NCBI GenBank assembly: GCA_951406725.2
Contig: OX597817.1
Location: forward strand, 47,678,001 to 47,742,000
From: Octopus vulgaris
Lineage: Eukaryota
Direction: 5' to 3'
DNA length: 64,000 nt
Each line of letters begins with the position of its first letter. The stretch's first letter is position 1. Positions 46,115-60,109 of this stretch are shown here, one piece after another. Made by a program: the position numbers and the translations under genes. The notes below the pieces were generated by a model. It was given only the letters and a program-made list of their open reading frames with translations. It did not search any database and was not told where the DNA came from.

Positions 46115-47410
46115 GTAAGTACAGAATTCTTCCTTATATTCGATTTCATTCTTATCTTCTGCTAACATAGATATTGTCTATCTCTCTATCCATCCTTTTT
46201 CTCTCTCTCTCCTTTTTTTTCATGCTTGAGTGGTCAGTGAAGGGCATCCTACTGTAGAAACAAGTACTCCATGAAAACACCCCCTCTCTTACTCTCCCTT
46301 TCTCTCTCTCTCCCTCTCTCTCAGATGGTGGGAAGACTAACACAGACACACACACGCACACAAATTTCTCAAGTTATCAAGTTGTAAAAAAAAAGTTTCT
46401 CCAACAACATCTTTCTAATGGTTAATTCCATGCTTGCATGGGGGTTAGGCTGGTTGTTGCACACCGAATCAGATATTTCATGGTTACTCCCTTTGTTGAT
46501 TAGTCAGGGACCATGTTTCCCTCATACCATCTGTTTATGACATGTCATTAAAGAGGTTGCCTTTCTCTTGGCAGTGCCCTCAAGAGCGTCCCCTCTATCC
46601 TGTGTCCTCTCTGTTTGTTCAACAGCATCACAGGATAATCTTTTTTCTTTTTTAGGTGAGGGACAATATATATATATTTTTAACCTTTTAGTGTTTAAAC
46701 CAGCCATATTAGGCCAAAATTTTCTTCCTGTTTTATGCTCAAACCAGCCAGCTCTGACCTCTCACACCTACCCTACAAAGTCATTCTAAAAATAAACAGG
46801 GACATCATCAAAATCTCAGTTACAAAATGCTGTACAATTAATTTAAAACAATGTAATTAAACAGGCTTTACATTTGACAGATTAATCTGAATGCTAAAGG
46901 GTTAAGCTAGGGAAAGGTATTGCTTCAACAAAGATTGTCTTGCAAACTACTTAGTGACTTTGAGGGCCACATAAACAACACCTGTACCAGCACCATGGGA
47001 AAAGCACTTGTGCCTGCATCATATGGAAGACACCCTTGCCAGTGCCTCACAAAGAGCACCCAATACACTCTGTAAAGTGGTTGGCATTAGGAAGGGCATC
47101 CAGCCTTAGAATTCGTGCCAAAACAGATGGCTAGAGCCTGGTGCTGTCCTTTGGCTTGCCAACCCATGACAGCATGGAAAATGGATGTTAAATAAATTTT
47201 TTTGGGTGGGGGGCACTGCTGCTGCTAATATACAAATCTCAGTTACTATATGTGATGACACAAGATGCGCAGTTATATTCAGGAAAGAAGAGTTTTAGTG
47301 TATCAAAGCTTGTGATATTTAAAGCAACTCCAGATATAGGACCCGAATTGTTTTTCATGGAGTACAAAAAGTGCATCTGATATACCATCAAATATGGTGA
47401 TTGATAGTAA

Positions 47411-47913
47411 TCTATATATATAAAACTGTAGTTGTGTGAGTGCCTGTCCCCTTCGATTTAGATTCCTAACTACTCCCACATTTTGCGGTGCAGTTTAACC
47501 AAATTTGGGTATCTTATAGTCATGATTCATATCGAGCCCATCTGGCTATTAGCATGAGTCTACGATTTTAAAAATAATTTAACATCATTTTTTATTCCAT
47601 TTTAATGCATATTTTTTCGTGTGTCAATGGCGGCGGAGTTGGCGTCCATGGTCACACCTGCACCTGTGTTGCTTTTCCCCCTTCTTCCCTCCCTCGTGAA
47701 GCTGTGGGGAAGGGAGTGTAAGGAAATCAACGTCGTAAAGCGTTGTCAAGGAGACCAGCGTTCTTTTAGAACAACGACTTCATGGCTTGAAGACACCAAA
47801 ACAGAAATGGCTAAGAAAGCCCGAATTGGCATCTATAAGGGAAGTAACTCTCTAAAAATGCTTATATAGTTATTTCCCTTACAAACCCGAGCAACGCCAG
47901 GCGATACTGCTAG
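47411..47913 (+). mobile_element. Non-autonomous Helitron (same family as 2543-3177)
   Basis: A|TCTATATATATAAAACTGTAG ... CCCGAGCAACGCCAGG...CTAG|T. Confidence 0.88.
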
Positions 47914-48731
47914 TTGTTAAGAGAAAATACTCTTTACTTGCTTCAGTCATTTGACTGTGGCCATGCTGGAGCACCGCCTTTAGTCGAGCAAATTGACCCC
48001 AGGACTTATTCTTTGTAAGCCTAGTACTTATTCTATTGGTCACTTTCGCCGAACCGCTAAGTTACGGGGTGTAAACACACCAGCATCAGTTGTCAAGCGA
48101 TGATGGGGGAAGAAACATACACACACAACGGGCTTCTTTCAGCTTCTGTCTACCATATCCATTCACAAGGCTTTGGTTGGCCCAAGGTGCCACACAGTGG
48201 GACTGAACCCGAAACCATGTGGTTGGTAAGCAAGCTACAGATACAAATAAAATTATGTCTTAGCTGACCACATCATGAATTCTGATAAAAGAGAATGAGG
48301 CATTGTTTTTCTCATCATTTAGCATGGGTTGGACAGTTTGACCAGGGGCGGCAAGCTGGAAGGCTGAACCAGACACCATTCTGATATGGCACGGTTCCTA
48401 TGGCTGGGTGCCCTTCTTAACACCAACCACTCTAAGAGCATAATGGGTGTTTTTACGTGACACCCGTATCTGTCACGACTCCAATTTTGCTTGGCATCAT
48501 GGATCTTCTCAAGCATGACATAATGCCAAAGGTCTCAGTCATTGCTTCCATGAGGCCCAACACTTAAAAGGGTCTCAGCCACTTGGCTTCTCATATTTTA
48601 AATTCCATTGAGCAACAGTAGTGGTTTGACTTTTCCATCAGTTCCAGTTTTTTACAAAGTAAATGATAATAATTTCTTATTTATTGGCACTGACTGATTT
48701 TGTTTGTTTTGATTCTTGCTTTTCTTTTCAG

Positions 48732-48821
48732 GATGACCATTTTGTTGTGCAACATTGCCTCTCTACAAGTTTGACCACTTTCTCAGACACACACAAATTA
48801 CTAGAGTACATCAAGTTACGG
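48732..48821 (+). CDS. KNTC1: KNTC1 coding exon 15
   Basis: ttcag|DDHFVVQHCLSTSLTTFSDTHKLLEYIKLR|gtaagt. Confidence 0.94.
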
Positions 48822-49959
48822 GTAAGTAGATATTCCATCCAGTTTGTGTACTTTGTAGAGTTCATCATCCTTCTTTATTCTGTATTATATATTATAAAAA
48901 AAAGGGAGCACTCCGTCGGTTACGATGACAAGGGTCCCAGCTGATACGATCAACAGAACAGCTTGTTCGTGAAATTAATGTGTAAGTGGCTGAGCACTCC
49001 ACAGACACATGTACCCTTAACGTAGTTCTCAAGGAGATTCAGTGTCACACAGTATGAAAAGGCTGGCCCCTTGAAATACAGGTACTACTCATTTTTGCCA
49101 GCTGAGTGAACTGGAGCAACATTAAAATAAAGTGTCTTGCTCAAAGACACATGTCTCCAGGAATTGAACTCCCGACCTCATGATTGTGAGCCGAATGCCC
49201 TAACCACTAAACCACGTGCCTTTATATATATATGTATATATATATCACAGAGGAAATGACAAGGAACTGGGAGTTGTGGCAATTTGCTGTGCTTGAGAAG
49301 ACATGTCAAGCTGAGTAAAATTGCTGTCATCAATACATACAGGCTTGTCCCTTTATAGGTGCTGGTGCCACATAAAATGCACTCGTGCCAGTGCTGTATA
49401 AGTGGACCCGTGTTGGTGGCACATAAAAAGCACCCAGCACACTTTGTAAAGTGGTTGGTGCTGGGAATGGCATCCAGCCATAGAAACTATACCACAACAA
49501 ACAATTGGAGCCTGGCCAGCTCCTGTCAAACCGTCCAACCCATGCCAGTACACTCTGTAAAGTGGTTGGCATTAGGAAGGGCGTCCAAGTGTAGAAACCA
49601 TGCCAAAATAGTCACTTGGGACCTGGTGCAGCTGTCTAGCTGACCAGCTCCTGTCAACCCACCCAACACGTGCCAGCATCACTTAACGTCCATTTTCCTT
49701 GCTGGCATGGGTTGGACAGTTTGGCTGAGGTCTGGGGAGCCATTGGCTGCACCAGGCTCCGATCTGATCTGGCAATATTTCTACACCTGGATGCCCTTCG
49801 TAAATGTTAAAATGATAATCATGATGATAATGATTCAATGAAAACCCAAACTATTGTCGGAAACAGCTTGCCATACCCATTTTAATTTTGTATCTTTTTC
49901 CAGTTTTTGAAATGTTCAGTAATTGTTTTGTTTCTTTTCTCTCATTTTTTGTTTTTCAG

Positions 49960-50016
49960 TTGACCAACAAAGCAGCCAACGAAAAGACAGAATTAGACAA
50001 CACTCTCTTAAATAAA
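49960..50016 (+). CDS. KNTC1: KNTC1 coding exon 16
   Basis: ttcag|LTNKAANEKTELDNTLLNK|gtaaga. Confidence 0.88.
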
Positions 50017-51182
50017 GTAAGATTAACAAAAATTATTATTTTGAATGGTTACCCACTCACCCCTACCCTGTACTGCTTTTATATTTACCTCCCCCTGTAA
50101 CATAAGGGTACCCTTAACACATCATCAACACCATCTTCTCGGTTTCCCAGCTGGAATAACCATGTATCTCCTGTTTCTGTCCCTCTATAATACTTTAAGC
50201 CCTCATCATCTGGCACAAACCCATTATCCTCAATACCACACCCCTCTCAATTAAAGGGTCTTGTCTTGCAAGTTACTTGGTGGCCTTAGTAGTGCCAGTG
50301 TTACATAACAACCACCTGTACACTCATCATCATCATCATTTAATGTCCGCTTTCCATGCTAGCATGGGTTGGACGATTTGACTGAGGTCTGGTGAACCAG
50401 ACTCCAATCTGATCTGGCAGAGTTTCTACAGCTGGATGCCCTTCCTAACGCCAACCACTCCAAGAATGTAGTGGGTGCTTTTATGTGCCACCGGCACGAA
50501 GGCCAGTTTGGTGGTACTGGCAACGGCCATGCCCAAATGGTGCTTTTTACGTGCCAGCAGCACTGGCGACGACCTCACTCAAATGTTTCATGTGCCACCA
50601 GCACAAGTGCTAGTAAGGCGTCGCGGTCATGATCACGCTCTAATGGTGTGCTTAACGTGCCATCAGCATGAAGGCCAGCTTGTTGCTCTGACAACAACAA
50701 TCTTACTCGTATGGTACTCTTAGTGCTCCACTAGCAACAGATGCCAGTCACCGGGTTTGATTTCGATAGACCCTAGTGCCGATATATATATATATAGTGT
50801 GTGTGTGTGTAAATAACAGCTTGATTTGGCTCTGCATGTCTTAAAATTATGTAGGAACATAAGACAAATCCATCTCAGATGTTAGGAAAAGAGTGGAAGA
50901 TTTGAGACAAATTCAAGATGGCTTATAGGCATTAGACCTGTTTTGGTCAGGTCAGGTTACATGGTATTAATGCTGTGAAAGTGATGCCACTATTTTCTTT
51001 ATTCTTCAATCCATGTGCACAAATACGATGTTGGCTAGTAGCATTTAGGTGGCTGGCTGTGGTATAGTGTATTCAGAGACATCAGTTCCTTTGTATTGGG
51101 TACTGCAAATGATAGAGTAGGATGTTGGCTTGAGCCAGTAACTGAGTAATAAACACATTCTCACTCTCCCTTTCTGTTTTAG

Positions 51183-51244
51183 GTGAAGCAGGTGCTCTTT
51201 CGTTTCTACACTTTCTGTTTTGCACTTGGTCGTAAATATTACAA
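51183..51244 (+). CDS. KNTC1: KNTC1 coding exon 17
   Basis: tttag|VKQVLFRFYTFCFALGRKYY|gtaaga. Confidence 0.9.
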
Positions 51245-51368
51245 GTAAGAGAATTTATCATTTTTTTTAAATGTCTCTACCATCTAAAACTGAAGAATTT
51301 CCTATCATTTTGTTTCTTTTCTTTTGTTTCCATCATTTTCATTTTATTTATTTATTTTTGTCTAACAG

Positions 51369-51477
51369 AGCAGAAGTATGGGAAGAGTTCAAGAAGGCCG
51401 ATTTCTTTCACAAAATAATCAACTCTTTCCGTGACAAATTACTTCATGTTGCATTTACAATTTGGAGAAGGCACCAT
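51369..51477 (+). CDS. KNTC1: KNTC1 coding exon 18
   Basis: aacag|(K)AEVWEEFKKADFFHKIINSFRDKLLHVAFTIWRRHH|gtaagt. Confidence 0.93.
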
Positions 51478-51897
51478 GTAAGTTATAGAAGATTTCTCTA
51501 ACCCTTTTAATGATACGACCCCACCGTCTTTGATACAAACTTCCTGTTTCAAAGTAATCTCAATTAAAGCCTTTAATCACAATTTCTACTTTCATGCCTT
51601 CATGTTCTTAAGTTAACCATTAGCATACTGCATTTTCTTTGGAATTGTTTCCTCTGCCACTGCCCTGTTACTACAGGGGAGAAAACTCATAGTGACATAA
51701 TGTACCTACTGTATGCTAAAGGTTAAAATAGTCACTGGCATAATGGGCTTCATATATTCAGCTGTTTCATCACTTTCGATGTCCGAGGCTTTGTACCTGT
51801 GTGTAATAAAGTGAGATTTCTAAATGAATTTTATAATTTTTTGAGGTCGATTTTCATTTTACTTTCTCACTTCCTTCTTTGTCCATCTATCTTCAAG

Positions 51898-52041
51898 CAT
51901 GAAATTGTGAAGCTGCATTCTATTGACTCCCTGGAACTGTTGCTAAACAGTGTACCACTCCATGTCAGCATCACCCAGCTGCAGGCATGGTTACTGGAAG
52001 ATTTCATCCCGTACGTTATCAGACTGATGCCACGTAGTTTG
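51898..52041 (+). CDS. KNTC1: KNTC1 coding exon 19
   Basis: Long pyrimidine tract, then AAG|HEIVKLHSIDSLELLLNSVPLHVSITQLQAWLLEDFIPYVIRLMPRSL|gtaaga. Confidence 0.92.
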
Positions 52042-53340
52042 GTAAGATTCTTAGTTTCTATCATTACCATTGTTTTCATCGCGCGTGTGTCTTTCTGGTT
52101 GTCAGCTTGTGATTTACTTAATACTGAATAGATCAGACATGCTATGTCATTAAGAAGTTTGCTTTGCAACCATAGGGTGTCCGGTTCAGTCCCACTGTAT
52201 AGCACTTTGGACAGGTGTCTTCTATTTTCTGCTTCCTGTTCTGTTTACCACTGCTTCGACTCTCTCTCCCTCTCTCCTGCTGTAGCTCCAGGCCAACCAG
52301 AGCCCTGTGAGTGGATCCGGACTCATACACCTACATTTGTACGAAATTGCTTGGTGCAGTCACGATACAGTATTTAAAGAAAGATTTTCTTAAATGTTAT
52401 TAAATGTTTCAAGCATGATCATTACCAGCATCACCTTACTGGCACCTGTGCTGGTGGCATGTGTAAAAAGATTCGAGCGAGGTCGTTGCCAGTACCGCCT
52501 GACTTGCCCTGTGCCAGTGGCATGTAAAAGCACCCACTACACTCTCGGAGTGGTTGGCGTTAGGAAGGGCATCCAGCTGTAGAAACTCTGCCAGGTCAAG
52601 ATTGGAGCCTGGTGCAGCCATCTGGTTCGCCAGCCCACAGTCAAAATCGTCCAACCCATGCTAGCATGGAAAGCGGACGTTAAACGATGATGATATTAAC
52701 TGTTTTAAAAATGTCTTAGAAAAACAAACTGACACTTATCTTTTGATATGAAGTTTGCATATTGTGTGTGTGTGTGTGTGTGTGTAAGCACTTTCATTAC
52801 TCAGTTTTTCAAAAACACCTGCGTGTGTGTTTCTGTTTACTTGACATCACGTGATTGTTGTGTGTGTCGTTGTCATACAAGCGGTATCATTTATTTCCAA
52901 TATACTGTGAGAACACGACTGACTATAGATGGTGGGAGAAGGGAATTATTTTACTTAGCAGATGTATCATAATTACTAAATGACAATTAAGAGGAACTCA
53001 TCATGAGAAGGGGTAACAATCTCAAGAATAATGAATTTCTCCAAAACTGACCTGACCTTAAGGAAAAAGATAGTTCTACTCTCTGGAGATAAGAGGACAC
53101 TCATGGACCTGTGTTTCTGACTCAAAAGCTGTCATCAGCACAGAAATTATCCAACTTTATTTGCTGTAAGCAAAGGATTTGACTTACACAAAAAAAAAAA
53201 AGACAGGAGAAAACTATCCCTCGCTCTACTTTCTGCTTCCTGTTGTCTACCACTACTCACTCTCTTTCTCTCACCTACCCACCATCATCCACTTTCTCTT
53301 TGAAAATGGCTTCTTCATCCGTCACTCTTGTATATTACAG

Positions 53341-53397
53341 AATGTGCTCATGTCCTGGATCATCCTGAAAATAAAAAACATGGAAATTTACGAGAAG
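53341..53397 (+). CDS. KNTC1: KNTC1 coding exon 20
   Basis: tacag|NVLMSWIILKIKNMEIYEK|gtaacg. Confidence 0.92.
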
Positions 53398-54551
53398 GTA
53401 ACGTTTTTTGTCTCCTTTGTCAGGGGGTTGGGTTGAAAAAAAAATGTTCTTTGGTAGCCGCTGACTTTCAGGGCTTAGGTTCCCTTCTTACTGGGGTTTT
53501 GTGACTCTAGACAAAGAACACTACTCTGATTTGAGCCAATTTGGAAATTCCTCTCCACTACATACTGTGAAGTAGCTGACAGTGGAGCTTAATGTAGTCC
53601 TGCAGCTTGTCAGAAAGTGTGAAACCACCCAACACATGACAGCACGGAAAACTGGTGGTGGTGGTGGCGGCGGTGACGACGACGACACTGCTGCTGCCTT
53701 ATCAAATATTCTCATTGATAACATGGTAGGGTTTGATTTAAACCGGCCATATCCAGCCAAAAGTATTCTGCCTGTTTTATGTTCAAACTGGCCAGATCTG
53801 GTCTCTCACACCAACCCTACAATATCGTTTTAAAAATTAACAGCTACCTCATCAAAATCTCAAAGCTACAAGATAATGCCTGATTAGTTCAAGGCAATGT
53901 GGATGAAAAAGCATTAATTTTGGTAGAATAATCATCATCATCGTTTAACGTCCGCTTTCCATGCTAGCATGGGTTGGACGGTTCAACTGGGGTCTGGGGA
54001 GCCCGAAGGCTGCACCAGGCCAGTCAGATCTGGCAGTGTTTCTACAGCTGGATGCCCTTCCTAACGCCAACCACTCCGAGAGTGTAGTGGGTGATTTTAT
54101 GTGCCACCGACACAGGTGCCAGACGAGGCTGGCAAACGGCCACGCTCGGATGGTGTTTTTATGTGCCACCGACACAGGTGCCAGACGAGGCTGGCAGACG
54201 ACCACGCTCGGATGGTGTTTTTATGTGCCAACACTAAAGGGTTAAGGGTTTTTTTGGGGTTTTTTTCGCTATTTCTGGCTGGTTGTATGATCATGTAGAA
54301 GCTCCCTGTTTGTGGTGTCACTGTCAAGAATTTTGCATGCCTGCTGTGGAATCTAGAGTTTTTCTCTTGATAACTTACCTCTTATTCATATAACTGTAAT
54401 TCATTTACAGATATAGGCTGCATGAATGTGTAATAAATCTGACGTTCCAATGACTTGGCTTCGGTATTAATCATCTAAGAGTGGATGCATGCTTCATAAA
54501 TGGGATCTAAGGGTTTGTTTCTCGGAGTTTCAAAAAATGGTATAACCATCA

Positions 54552-54767
54552 GGCGGCGAGCTGGCAGAAGCGTTAGCATGCCGGGCGAAATGCTTTGTGG
54601 TATTTCATCCACCGCTGTGTTCTGAGTTCAAATTCCGCCAAGGTCAACTTTACCTTTCATCCTTTTGGGGTCGATAAATTCAGTACCAGTTACGCACTGG
54701 GGTCGATGTAATCGACTTAATCCATTTGTCTGTACTTGTTTAGCCCCTTGTGGGCAATAAAGAAATA
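54552..54767 (+). mobile_element. SINE family A copy
   Basis: Perfect 13-bp TSD GGTATAACCATCA. Confidence 0.9.
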
Positions 54768-54890
54768 GGTATAACCATCAGTGGTCAACCTACATTAGAA
54801 AGAGACCATCTGTTATTAGTATCATAATTATGTAATTAGGAATATTTGACTATGATAATGAAGATTTTCATTTTACTGATTTTATTCTAG

Positions 54891-55007
54891 GCTGAATGGC
54901 CATCAAATGCTCTGTGTGTGATGGAAACTTTCTACAAGAAGTTTACCAGTTTGTTAAACGTGTCCTCTGACCAGTACATGTCAACACCTTCTGAGACAGC
55001 TCTAAAG
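54891..55007 (+). CDS. KNTC1: KNTC1 coding exon 21
   Basis: tctag|AEWPSNALCVMETFYKKFTSLLNVSSDQYMSTPSETALK|gtaagg. Confidence 0.93.
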
Positions 55008-56515
55008 GTAAGGTTTCACAAGTTTCAGGTTGATCCTTCGTTAAATCATCAACTTTACAATACTGCTATAGCTTCATGATGTCATCACCATCACTTTTGT
55101 ATTTTATTACCGTCTTGGCTGTAGTTGCTATGATCTGAGCTCTTATCCAGATTTATTGTCTACCTGTTCAAGTTGAAGGACCATATCTTCTGCAAGTAAT
55201 TCCATTTTTCTGCAGTAGGATCAGTCAGCAGCCACCCTCAGTGTATCTTTTAATTGAAGGTTTAGGAAATAACTGTTGCCCTCATCATCATCGTTTAACG
55301 TCCGCTTTCCATGCTAGCATGGGTTGGACGATTTTGACTGAGGGCTAGCGAACCAGATGGCTGCATCAGGCTTCAATCTTGATCTGGCAGAGTTTCTACA
55401 GCTGGATGCCCTTCCTAACGCCAACCACTCCAATAGTGTAGTGGGTGCTTTTTACATGCCACTGGCATGGGGCAAGTCAGGCGGTACTGGCAACGACCTC
55501 GCTCGAATCTTTTACACATGCCATCTTTGTGGTTTCAGAATTTCCTTTTCCAAGGCCATGTTGCTTTCCTGAAGCTCAACCACTTGCATTTTGTGTGGAT
55601 TTTCTTCTGTTGATTACTAGCAAAGGCCCACAACGTGTAGAGTGGCTCCCCTTCAGTCACAAACACTTGGTCATTGGTCTTCTCGGCCATTGCCACATCT
55701 CCACCCATTTAATTATGCCATGTCAACACCACTCCCTCATGTGCTTTAGCCTGTCATCTAAGGTGCTACACCAGTGTGTAATATTTAGAAGCTGAGTGAA
55801 GGGCCAGTGATGCCTGTTCGTGCTACCACTTAAGGGTCCAGGCACCATTGATATTATCTCTTCTCAGAGCTCCCTACACTTCTGCTGCCTTCTTTCCTTA
55901 ACTTTATCTCCTTCCTTTATTTCCAGATCATTATTATTATTATTCTCAACTTTGCCTTTCATTCTTTTGGGGGTCAATAAAATATGTACCTGTTGAGTTA
56001 TGGGGTTAATTACATCGACCTACCCCTCTTCCCTAAACTTGCTGGCATGGCTGTGTGGTAAGAAGTTTGCTTCCCAACCACATGGTTCCGAGTTCAGTCC
56101 CACTGTGTGGCACCTTGGGCAAGTGTCTTCTAGTATTGCCACAGGCCAACCAAAGCAGTGTGAATGGATTTGGTAGATGGAAACTAAAAGAAGCCCATCG
56201 TGTGTGTATGTATGTATATATTTGTGTGTGTGTGTGTTTGTGCCCCTACCATTGCTTGACAACTGATGTTGGTGTTTACATCCCTGTAACTTAGCAGTTT
56301 GGCAAAAGAAGCCGATAGAATAAGTACTGGGCTTATAAAGAATAAGTCCTGGGGTTGATTTGTTCGAATAAAGGTGGTGCTCCAGCATGGCCGCAGTCAA
56401 ATGACAAACAAGTAAAAGAATATAAAAAAAATGCAGAATAAGTGCTCAAAGCAGGTCAGTATTACTAACCATATCAAATTTGTTATATTTCGTTGTTGTT
56501 TTCTGGCTTTTGCAG

Positions 56516-56635
56516 ACATACACCAACGTCAGGATAACTTTAACCCCGCTGATCAACTTAATCACTGTGTACCGCCAGCTGGAAAGCCTTTATACCAAGT
56601 ACAACTTTAAAATGACAGCTGCAGGTTTTGCACAG
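56516..56635 (+). CDS. KNTC1: KNTC1 coding exon 22
   Basis: tgcag|TYTNVRITLTPLINLITVYRQLESLYTKYNFKMTAAGFAQ|gtaaga. Confidence 0.93.
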
Positions 56636-57744
56636 GTAAGATTTATGGGTTTTTTTCTTTCTTTATCTCCTTCAGTATTTCCAGATTATTATTATGATGT
56701 TGTAGCAATAACCATTTTAGCCATTTTGAAATATGGCGCAAATTGGCAATATGATGTAATGTCTTTGTCGAAGAATTATTATTTTCGTTTTTTTCCATTG
56801 GTTAATATAACTGCTCATATAAAGATTCTAAAAGTTTCGTAAAGAATATTTGTAATGGATTTCGATTCTTTTAAGTCAAGTTGAGCAGTTATAAAAACCC
56901 TGGATTTTGGGGAAAACTTCGGTGTTTGTTGTTATGTCACTAAACTCCCCGACACTCACTCTTTTGAGACATCGGTAATTTTCATGCCATGTCTAAAGTT
57001 AATCACAAGTCTATTTTGATTTGTTGATTAATGTATTAGTTAGAAATAAGAATTAGTTAATGAATTTATAGTCGTTCTTCTATACGACAAAATTATCTTT
57101 CTTTCCTCCTGTAAATAATATAAAATGTTATATTTATATAATAAAACTAATTAAGAAAATGTTTCTCTTCACGTTTGTTTTTCAACTGAGCATAAATAAA
57201 TATGCATTTTTCTGTAATCCTTAATTTATGTTTTCTTATAGCGATTAAAAGGACACGAAGAAAATATTCAACATACATGTCATTAATATTCATAGTGTTT
57301 CATGTGTATATGTCTCTATGACTTTATATACTGTAGTTAGGGTTTAAGGTATAATGATAACACTTGAGTATAAGTGACATTTAATCATTATATTCTCCCT
57401 TACTCAGAAAAAAGCCAAATAAAATAATATAACCTAAGAGAAAGCTTAAGGTAGAATAAACAAACCGCCATAATGTCGACTCTGCCTTTCATTCTTTTGG
57501 GTGGGAGTTGATAAAATATGTACCAGCTGAGTACAGGGGACGATTACATCGATTTACCACCACCCCCAAACTTTCTGGCCTTGTGCCAAAACTATTATTA
57601 TTATTTAAGGTGTCGAGCTGGCAGTGTCGTTAGCACACCAGGTGAAATGTTTAACGGCTTTTCATCCGTCTTTACGTTCTGAGTTCAAATTCCACTGAGG
57701 TCGACTTTGCCTTTCGTCCTTTCAGAGTTGATGAAATAAGTACC

Positions 57745-57965
57745 TGTTTCTTTACTACCCACAAGAGACTAAACACAGAGAGGACAGACATGCGAATAAG
57801 GTCGATTATATCGACCCCAGTGCGTAACAGGTACTTATTTTATCGACCCCGAAAGGATGAAAGGCAAAGTTGACCTCGGCGGAATTTGAACTCAGAACAT
57901 AGCGGCAGATGAAATACCGCTAAGCATTTCGCCCGGTGTGCTAATGTTTCTGCCAGCTCACCGCC
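57745..57965 (-). mobile_element. SINE family A copy nested in another family A copy
   Basis: Perfect 16-bp TSD TGATGAAATAAGTACC. Confidence 0.9.
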
Positions 57966-59965
57966 TGATGAAATAAGTACCAGTTATGCACTGGGATCAA
58001 CTATCCCTTCCCCCAGATTTTCAGGCTTTGTGCCTATTCTTATCATTTAAGGCGCTAAGCTGGCGGTACCATTAGCATGCCAGGCGAAATGCTTCGCAGC
58101 ATTTCATCTGTTTTGACGTTCTGAGTTCAAATACCACTGAGGTTGACTTTCCCTCTTATCCTTTCGGGGTCAATAAGTTAAATACCAGTTGAGTGCTGAG
58201 GTTGATGTAATTGACTAGCTCCCTCCCCCTATATTTCAGGCCTTGTTTCTGTAGTAGAAAGAATTATTATTATTATGTTTTTGCAGCTTGATACTTTCCC
58301 TGGCAGTAACTGTTATGAAAAGTAACAAAAGCTGGTGAGGTTGCAGAAACGTTAGCACGTCGGGCCACATGCTAGTAAAGAAATAGGTATTTCGTCTGCC
58401 ACTACGTTCTGAGTTCAAAATCCACCGAGGTCGACTTTACCTTTCAGGGTTGATTAAATAAGTACCAGTTACGCACTGGGGTCGATGTAATCGAATTAAT
58501 CCATTTGTCCTTGTTTGTCCTCTCTATGTTTAGCCCCTTGTGGGCAATAAAGAAATAAGTAACTATTATCGTGAAAATTTTGTTTGGTTAACTAATGCAA
58601 GAACTGTCGAATCCATTGTACGAAGGATATAGCATGTTATAACAGTTATAATTTGAGGGGTCTATATGTCAGGTCATTGTAAGTGCTACTGGTAACATGT
58701 GACCCTGCACAACCTGCCACACAGTCTGGCTGTCAGTGACTAAATCAGCAATCCTGCCAACCATGTTTACTAAGGAGGTTGGTTTTCATTGTAGACTCTT
58801 CAAGACAGAAAAACAAAACCTGTTAACGTGCAAATGAACCTGGTAGAGTTAACAGCCATCCAACAGCTCAGAGTGAGAAGAAAAACTCTGATATGACACT
58901 TGCAACTTTGCATCCAATGGTGTAGACTAGTTCTTTGTGGGCAAATACATCATCATCATCGTTTAACATCCGTTTTCCATGCTAGCATGGGTTGGACAGT
59001 TCAACCGGGGTCTGGGAAGCCAGAAGGTTGCACCAGGCTCCAGTCTGATCTGGCAGTGTTTCTACAGCTGGATGCCCTTCTTAATGCCAACCACTCCATG
59101 AGTGTAGTGGGTGCTTTTTACATGCCAGGTGAGACTGGCAACGGCCACGATTGGTTGGTGCTTTTTATGTGCCACCGGCATGGAAGCCAGTCAAGGCGGC
59201 ACTGGCATCGGCCACGTTTGGATGGTGCTTTTTACATGCCCCTGGCACAGGGATCACAACTACAATTTCCATTGATTTTGATGTTGATGTACTTGACTCA
59301 ATAGGTCTCCTTAAGCACAAGGTCAAAACAGTGTTTCTTTACTTGCCACCTGCATAGGAGTCAGTCCAGCGGCACTGGCAACGACCGGGTGCCAGTCATC
59401 GAATTTGGTTCAATTTCGATGTAATATAGAAAGTGGGATTGGTTCTGTACAGTGTCTTTCCTCTAACTTAAACAAGCACAGACATGACTTTATTTATCAC
59501 ATCTCCATTATTATTTGCATATCATGCCTGGTTGTAGCCAAGGCAGGCAAAACATCATCATTATCATTTAATGTCTGTTTTCCATGCTGGCATGGTTGAA
59601 CAGTTTGACAAGAGCTGTCTAGGCTCCAGTTGTCTGTTTTGGCATTGATTCTACAACTGGATGCCCTTCCTAAATCCAGCCACTTTACTAGATGTTTTTA
59701 TGTGCCACCAGCATGGGTGCATTTTATAAGGCACTGGCATCAACAGAGTTGCTAAGTAACTAACAACACAATTACTTCAATAAATACCTTCGGATGAATA
59801 GTGCAGTTAATTTAGCTTTCTGTGATGTGTTTGCTTTAAGTATGATACACAGATTGCTGTTTTAATCCAATATTATTTCTGTTGCACTTAACAAATTTTC
59901 ATTTATTAAATGAGTTAAAGATAAACCTTGTTAGTTTAATGTTATTCATTTTCTTTTACATTCAG

Positions 59966-60109
59966 GAAACTACTGAGTCGGTTGTCTTTCGGATGCTGGA
60001 TCGCTTGGTGGCCATAGAATTGATGGACAAAACCCTCAAGGAAGTTATCCACCCGTATATAAAAGAATACCAACTCAATGAGGATGACATATTCTGCAAA
60101 TATATTAGA
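59966..60109 (+). CDS. KNTC1: KNTC1 coding exon 23
   Basis: ttcag|ETTESVVFRMLDRLVAIELMDKTLKEVIHPYIKEYQLNEDDIFCKYIR|gtatga. Confidence 0.95.
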
